In this document: piece after piece, positions 55,916 through 64,000 of the stretch
How positions within the stretch are numbered: position 1 is the stretch's first letter
How the letters are laid out: the number at the start of each line of letters is the position of its first letter
The notes under the pieces: model-generated
Told to the model about the DNA's origin: nothing
What the model saw: the letters and a program-made list of their open reading frames with translations, nothing else
Databases searched by the model: none
NCBI GenBank assembly: GCA_964016885.1
Contig: OZ024742.1
Span: forward strand, 350,982,001 to 351,046,000
Direction of reading: 5' to 3'
Origin: Eledone cirrhosa
Taxonomy: Eukaryota
DNA length: 64,000 nt
Made by a program: the position numbers and the translations under genes

Positions 55916-56029
55916 CATATATATATATATATATATATATCATACATTGAGTTAGAAACTCAAAATAGTCTTTTACAATTGAATAGCTCACTGAAAGAAC
56001 TGTTTCCAAGCCGTGTACCATAATATAAT

Positions 56030-56548
56030 TGAATATATGAGAGAGATGATCACAGATATAAGTATACATGTGTTCCAATTACGAAGGACCAAGTTAACTA
56101 GTTTGAAAAAATTACTAACTTAAAACAATATGGTTTGCCTGACACGATTTAAAGTAATAAATCAATAAAAATAACAAACCTATATCGGGCAACTCAGCTC
56201 CAATATGTAGAGCTAACTTTAATCTCATAAACCCGGCTGCTATTTTTAGCTGCATGAGTATGTGATACGCGCTAGGCGCTGTAACATGTCATTTTATATC
56301 AGCATATTATTCAGTCCTCTTAGATCCTTAGAAGTGAAAGGTCTTCTAATTTTTGGATTTAAGTCTGTCTGGGTATCAAAGGCTTTTGGCCGCTATATGT
56401 TTGTTATTTTTATTGATTTATTACTTTAAATCGAGTCAGGCGAAGCCTATTGTATTAATTAGTATTTTTTTCAACCTAGTTAACTTGGTCCTTTGCAGTT
56501 GGAACACATGTATACTTATATCTGCGTTCCTCTCTCTCATATATTCCA
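56030..56548. mobile_element. Diverged inverted-repeat element (arms ~56030-56182 / 56397-56548)
   Basis: Reverse-complement arms seen directly. Confidence 0.7.
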
Positions 56549-56574
56549 TTATATTATATATATATATAAAGGCG

Positions 56575-56754
56575 GTGTATTGTCAGTATCGGTAGAGGAT
56601 CGGACGCCATGCTTTGCAGCACAGTTAGGTCCCTTTACGGATTGAATTCAAATTCTGCCGAGGTTAACTTTGCCTTTCATCCTTACGGGGTCGATAAAAT
56701 AAAGTACCAGTAATGCATTGGATTAATTACTGGCCGTGTGCCAAAAGTAGAATC

Positions 56755-56758
<4 letters not shown>
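56575..56758 (+). mobile_element. Deu/Nin-like SINE (another, decayed, at 57263-57415)
   Basis: A/B boxes and core. Confidence 0.85.
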
Positions 56759-56819
<61 letters not shown>

Positions 56820-56859
56820 CCGACACAAACCTACATTTGGCGCAAAATCAATTGTTAAC

Positions 56860-57070
56860 ATTCACATGACCTCTACCGACCAATCAAACATTTTTGCGAC
56901 GCGAATTGGCGCGAAACTTATTTTAATAACTCTGGAGCCACTTTTTTCACATAAAAACAGGTAGAATTTCCAAAACTAATCAGATTAGAGAAAACATCAC
57001 GGACGCTCTCTCTCAAAATTATTTTTGAAAAGCATTAGAAATGCACAACCGGTAAAACTTAAAACCAAAA
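56860..57070 (+). mobile_element. Diverged unfolded monomer of family A
   Basis: Matches the 2380-2585 spacer and arm. HHR remnant UUGAAAA-GCAU(UAGAA)AUGC-ACAA-CCGG-UA. Confidence 0.7.
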
Positions 57071-57165
57071 CTGAATACTAACCAATACTATTACTAATTT
57101 TCACTTATTCCTAATTAAACTATTTTTCACTGGGAACAATTTGTCAGCATTTTCTTTTCCGTTTA

Positions 57166-57228
<63 letters not shown>

Positions 57229-58468
57229 TTCTGGTCTTCTGGTTTTATTATTTTGTAGGGTGGTGGATTGGCAGTATCGGTAGAGCATGGGACGCGATGC
57301 TTTGCACCATACATTTACGGCCCTTTATGTCTGAGATCAAATCCGGCTGAGGTTAATTTTGCCTTTCATCCTAATGGACTCGATAAAATAATGCTTTGGG
57401 CCAAAAGTAGAAATATTTATTTTGTTAATTTTTTTCCATTAGTGAGGCAGTTTCTAATATAGGAGCAAGTATCACTCATTGGAATTCCAACACCGACTTT
57501 GTAAATACATATGTATATCTGTATGTGATTGTGTGTGTGTATGAGTATTACTGAATGTGTGGAACTGTATGTTTTGTGTTTTGTGCGCACAGGTGCATAT
57601 GTTTCTATAACAATACATTTGTATATGCAGTTGATACATGCTGTATTTCTAATGTACTCTTTTATTAATCAAATGTACTCTTTGCCTCCTAACTAGTATA
57701 TTCTCCTTTTGTTTCCATGAAATCCAGCTTCTGAATATTTATACGGGGACTTTTGATATTGAACAAATTCGAATATATAACACAAATCTTTTTTAAAAAA
57801 ATGATAATTTTGCTGATATTACGTGACAAAATTGTAAATACAGAACAAGTATAAGACATGCACAAAATAACCATCATATTAAAACATTCTAGAAGGCAGG
57901 ACATGAAACTAATGGCCGGCTATTTCATCTAGATTCAAGAGGTATCAGGAACTTTAGATTTAATGTGAAACTATATTAAAATATTGATATTTTACCAGAA
58001 AGTTTTCGATTTACTATGCCAAATCCAGGTACAGCATTCAATAGAGGCCAAGCATAATATTCTCAGAGAAACAGCGGGAAGATTTAAAATGACGCATATT
58101 ATAAAGCAAGTAAGGAAAAAGAACAGGAGAATACAAGGCAATATTTTTATGTGTGTGTGTGTGTGTGTGTGCACGGGCGTATGTGCGTGTCGGTATATGT
58201 GTGCGCATCAGTGTGTGTCAGTTGTTAAGCATGTGAACGAGACTATACATAATACATATATTACCCAGTTATCTGTATAATATATGGTATGACCAAATAA
58301 TCGATATCGAATCCTGAAAAGCTAAAAGGAAGCCTAACAATAACAACATAAAACGGAAATATCACAAGGGCATGTAAAGATGGCACGTCTTAGGATTATA
58401 TATGGAATGATGAAAGTATTAAAGTTCACAGAACAACGGAGATCACATACAGAAAATAGCCCATATAA

Positions 58469-58504
<36 letters not shown>

Positions 58505-58877
58505 TATATATACAGTATATATACTCAATAACACACATATATATATATAAAGATGAAAATGCGAAGTTGAAGGTGTTAGAGTTCTATATTAATTGAGACG
58601 TTATACATATTTCAATGACGATAAACATCTTCAACTTAACATCTTCAACTTTATTAATATACTCCGTCATACTATTTTTCGGAAGTAACACGGCATTGAG
58701 TGCTAACAGTGAATTGAATCCTTGTATAGCGAATGTATATATATATATTCTATTCTATAGCGATTAGGTCTTCAAAATGTTTATTATAAACATACAGAAT
58801 ATTTTCGAATATTCTATGTCTATCTTCACATATATATCGCTATTTCAGAGCATTTAATCCAATATATATATTCTGTA

Positions 58878-59250
58878 TTAAGCCGGTGCTTATCCTGGTT
58901 TCATGGCATGAAGCGTCTGAGAGTACAAGACAGCCCCCATTCCGGACAGGACACCAGTCCAGCGCAGAGCTATACTCCCAGCTATTGTTGGTACTTATGT
59001 TCAGTTGTGTATACTGCAGCAATGTGAATGAATTGTTTTGCTCAAGAACACAACAGCAACCCAGGAATCTAACCCACGACATTATGATAGTAAGTTCAAC
59101 ACCATATGTGTGTGTGTGCATGTGTGAAGGCACGTGGCTGAGTGGAAAGAGAATTGGAATTGCAATCGTGAGGTTGTGAGTTCAATTCCCGTACCGGCCA
59201 ATGCGTTATGTCCTTGAGCAAGACACTTTATTTGACGTTGACCCTTCTAC
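58878..59250. mobile_element. Head-to-head pair of second-family SINEs (58878-59103 minus; 59123-59250 plus)
   Basis: B box GAGTTCAATTCCC and TGTCCTTGAGCAAGACACTT on +. The complementary TTGCTCAAGAACACAAC marks the left copy. Confidence 0.75.
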
Positions 59251-59520
59251 CTGGAGTTGCGACAAATAGATATTAGCAATTGGATAGACCAATATATATA
59301 TATATATATATATTCGTACATATTTATATAGGATAATTTCATACAAATCTACATATATACATATACAAATAAACCAAAAAAAAACACACCTACACCAAAC
59401 ATTCAGTGTTTAAGACGTGACCTGAAAAAAATAATCTACCTTTCCATGATATTAGAATAAACATTATACATAAAACACTACATTAATTAAACAATGAAAT
59501 ATTATTTAAATATAACTTAC

Positions 59521-59611
59521 CTGATGAAAATCCAATTAAAACCATTTGCATTAAAGATGCCACTTTTGCACATGTGACATGGTGGTGTCCGTTTGCGAAT
59601 CTGGTCAACAT
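59521..59611 (-). CDS. Candidate first coding exon (signal-peptide-like)
   Basis: ATG-MLTRFANGHHHVTCAKVASLMQMVLIGFSS, ending in the consensus phase-1 donor CAG|gtaagt. Lies in unique sequence. Confidence 0.4.
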
Positions 59612-60024
59612 TATTGTATAGCACGCTCTTTCTATTGTCTTTTCCTTTGGCTCTTTGTACCCCTCTAATATTTTCTCTCTCCCTGTTTGATTCTCACTCT
59701 CACTCCCCTCTCTCTATCCTTCTATTATTTGCTATTTCCAATATGTTATAATGTTGAAAAATGTTTCAGGTGAGGAATGGTAAAATAAAAGGTAAATGTC
59801 TTAATAATAATGGTATCATTATTGTAATATATTTTGTGTTTTTTTGGTAGTTTTTTGAAACAACAATCCCTGGAATCGTTGGAGACTTTTGTGACAGTTG
59901 TGATGTTGTTTTGATGATGATGGTTGTGATAATGGTGGTCGTTATGATGGCGATGATAACCGATATGATGATATTGATGATGGTTACGATGGCGATGAGC
60001 AGGTTGATGATAAAATCGATATTG

Positions 60025-60056
<32 letters not shown>

Positions 60057-61380
60057 ATAATAATTATGTGGTATTTCTTTTTTGTGGTTTCAGCCACTGT
60101 CGCCCACTACGACAAACGCTATACACAAAGTATGGAAGAAGGAGAAAGATAATAGCGCGGGGGAAAGAACGTATAAATATGTGAGAGGAGGTTGGGATAA
60201 TATAGATGAGAGAGGGAGATAGGTAAATATAGTAATAGAGAGAGAGAGAGAGAGAGAGCGGCAGAGCAGGAGAGAAGAGAAATGAATGGAGAATGAGTGT
60301 GAGAAAATTGTTTATAAAGAGCAGCGATGTTGAGAGTTTTTCCCTAAATTATAGTTATACATATGCTTATGGTTATGGGTATATATATATATATATATAT
60401 ATATTATATTATATTATATTATATTATATTATATTATATTATATTATATTATATTATATAAATTCGTTGATATTCATACATACTCTATGTATATTATATA
60501 TATGTAATCTCATATATGTATATATACATATATGCATTGATAATTTTCGCTACATTTTGCAGTTTGATGACAGTGGATAAAATTGATAATAGCAATAAAA
60601 ATACCAATAATGGTAATGAAGATGAAAAAAAAAATGAAGCCCTAATTGTTAATTGCCCAGCATGTATTTATCAAGAATTCATCAGTTTTCCTCTTATTAC
60701 TTGTAATTTTAACATAAACCACTATATGGATTTTGATTTGTATACTTTCGAATATATAAGGTCGGGGTTCGGTATGTTTTGAAAATTTAATTGCATATTA
60801 AATATATGTGTGATAACATTTCTGAAACATCAAGTTTTGAGAGAATCGATATTGTGTTTATGAGGAAAATAATCTACTTTGTTGTTTAAAGTTGATTGAT
60901 ACTTTTAAATATCGGGTGGGCATATATTTTATTTGCATTTTATTGATATTATTGTGTTGAAATAAAATTTGCGAAATATCAATATAATATAATAATTGCT
61001 AAATTTATGAAAAATTAAAAGAAAAAAAATATTAAAACAAGTTTGATGTATTCGTTAAGAAAATATAGTGGATATAATTCTAAGAGATAATGGTTTTATG
61101 AAAGGAGCAGAATCGGGGAACCACAAAGAAATGAATGCGTTTGAAAACATGACTTTGGTGTGGAAGTTGATAATATTTGCGTTTGCTTTCTCCTTTTGTG
61201 CGCCACACTAAATCAGAACTGGGAATAAATCCAAATAGCCTCTCTGGTAATGTAGAGATGGTTTATCCACGCAGTAGCATTGTTGCATGTAGGGCATGTC
61301 CATCGCGATCAGCCACATGGTTACAATATTCTGTAAAATATATAAAAAAAAGAAGTTATTATCGTATTCATAATACTCAT

Positions 61381-61425
<45 letters not shown>

Positions 61426-61907
61426 TTCCAACATCAACAGCATCATCATACTCATCATTCCACATACATATACATATTTATAAACATTCTTGAAATATTT
61501 ACGATCGTATTTTATCATATTTACCACATTCACGCCATCACTCCCATATATTATTAATATTATTCTTAACATTTTACTCACGATATTCACAACACTAAAC
61601 TTATTATCTAAATAATTCCAGACAAGATGAATTCAGAGTATACTAATGGAGATTGGTCAAGGAACGGAAGACACCACAATGATATTTGAAGCAGTAGATG
61701 ACACGAGCATGAGTCATGTTCACTAACTTTGTTTTTTTTTCTATAAGATGATGGAAAAGCTAAAACGTGAGTATGAAAAGTTAAAATGTATGCAGAAAAT
61801 ATGTTCGAAGGTCACAGGGTACACCAACACCAAGCTCATTCTAGATAATACCATCGTGCTCTCTATGGTGCTACATGCAAGGAAGTCATCAGCGAATATT
61901 ATTAAAA

Positions 61908-62371
61908 CTAGCAGAAAACCACCATTGCGGTGGCTTTCTGCTAGCATGTGTAGTGTGTATATACATGTAGATATGATACATCAAATAAAATCATAATTGA
62001 CAATATACATAAACATTGAACGATGAGTGCGTTACACTCTCTTATGTAATCAGTAACGTAATCTGTGATACATTAAAAAAAGACGATATTATATCTAAAC
62101 TGCATTAGGAGAAAATTAGTGACGGAAATATACGAATTTTTATTTAAGCGATCGCTAACCGGAAGTGTTGACATTTGCAAATTTTAAAGAAGTGAATCTT
62201 AAAATAACCAACAAAATTATTCATATTTAATCAAGAATAACGAAATTTAGTAGATAAATTATGCAATATTCATTCGTTATTTATTCAAAGTAATCCAGCT
62301 TATTTTACAATTGGGATAAAAACATATATTCTGGACGCAGTCACGGACTCCTTACTTTATTATAGTTTAGA
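61908..62371 (-). mobile_element. Non-autonomous Helitron
   Basis: Minus strand A|TCTAAACTATAATAAAG ... CCACC(GCAAT)GGTGG-TTTTCTG-CTAG|T. Paralogue at 31300-31933. Confidence 0.8.
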
Positions 62372-64000
62372 TGCTGGATGTTATCAAGAAATATACTTGG
62401 AGAAATCTCTAATAAAATACTGACATGAACAAGTACAGGTTAGGTACTTTTGTTATATCAATCGTCACGAAAATCCCGAGGCACAGTAGCGGATGGGAAA
62501 ATATGTTTCACTAATCACTTTATATGGCAGTTATATAATTAGTATGTAAAAGGAATACTGAGATGAAGAACAACAGGAAGAAAAAGGAGCCACAAAAATT
62601 GAGGGGCGACATTTCATCCTACTCCTGTAATATTACGAGTTACATTAATATCCTTTTAATCTTAATCATACTTCTTTCATGGTGTATTTCCATTCCCATC
62701 ATCATCATCTGTAGCATGACAACCACTACCCGTGTAATACCGTATTTTACATTCAAACGTAATAACGATAAACTTGACGGGTCTCTTTGCAATTATACAG
62801 TTTACACATTATTGAAGGTTGATGTGTCAAATTCTCTCCGAAACGTAGTGAATTTCATATTTAAATGAGCTCGCTAAGACGCTCACACTCAGGCAAGTAA
62901 TAGAACTTTGTTAGTTAAATTATCATATAATCATATATTCTGTATAATGTTTATGCAAATTGTTCTGTGTCACATTTTGAAAAGATTTCTCAGATATTGT
63001 TTATTGACTAAATACAAAATAATCTAGATAATAAAACAACTCCATAATAATTTACAAAACATATTTATTTCTAAATAATCAAATATGAATATTGAATCTT
63101 CTATTATCTTGGAACTACTCTATATCTTAAACATTGCTACTGATATAATAATACATGTTTTACTAATAAAGAGAGGAAACAATCCATTGGAAATCTACAA
63201 TATTTAGGAGTAATTTGTGTTTTATTTATAAAACATTATTTTGAATGAAATAATTTTCTATTGAAATATGAAAGTTTCCTTCTAATGTATTTAGTCCTGT
63301 TAAATATTGCTTGTGTGCTTTGCTGGAAATGTGAAATAGTATGCTTAAATAAATGATAGAAATATAATATATTCTGACAAACGTCCTTGTCAAGGTCAAC
63401 GACTTTATGTTACAAAACATTTCAACTTGCATTACAGAGTTGGGTGCATCATTCCTCATGCTATTTTTGAATATGATTATACTATTGTTTAAAGGTAAAT
63501 AAGCTTCAACATAATCCGATAAAATAATCGAGAATGTATTCTAATTTCAGACTTGGTCTATGAAACAATTATCGATAAATATAAAGGAGTTATTTATATA
63601 GTCAACTTACGTAATTCAACATTTCATTTAATAATATTCACAATATAGAAACCGGTGGCATGATTTCAAACTTTTCAAGTATTGTATTATATACACATGC
63701 TATTCAAAGAATCGCGTTATGTGGGCGACATCCTTGATAGTAGTTTTCAGGCTCATATAATAAAAATCACGCTGGTATGCAGTTATTACATTCACGATTT
63801 TTAATAAGACGTATGGATCAGTATTATAACAGATTTGCTGGGGCAACATCTATTAACTATTCATGGGAGGATATTATTCAACATTAAAGCATAAATGACA
63901 ATATTTGATACAGTAAATCAAAAAGTATTTCGATTCATCCTTATTATAAATTATAAGAAGATAACTTTAACTAATTTATAAATCTGTTGTAATGTTGCAA

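Overview
AT-rich animal genomic DNA, probably an octopod cephalopod (inferred from the SINE types and the very long (TA)n tracts). Most ORF-track entries are microsatellite translations. The real content is mobile DNA. There are two lineages of Penelope-like retroelements (PLEs; RT plus C-terminal GIY-YIG), one with an uninterrupted but 5'-truncated 607-aa ORF. There are also tRNA-derived SINEs, two non-autonomous Helitrons, a hAT MITE, decayed CR1-, CRE- and RTE-like LINE pieces, and perhaps three exons of a minus-strand host gene. The standout feature is roughly 30 type I hammerhead ribozyme (HHR) motifs from about 12 sequence families, counted and folded by eye. Most lie in short ORF-less elements inserted at (TA)n tracts as partial tandems and/or fold-back inverted repeats. 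At least two unrelated families use the compensatory U3-A8 core (UUGANAA) instead of C3-G8 (CUGANGA), so a standard motif search would miss them. Coordinates are hand-read and approximate at element edges.
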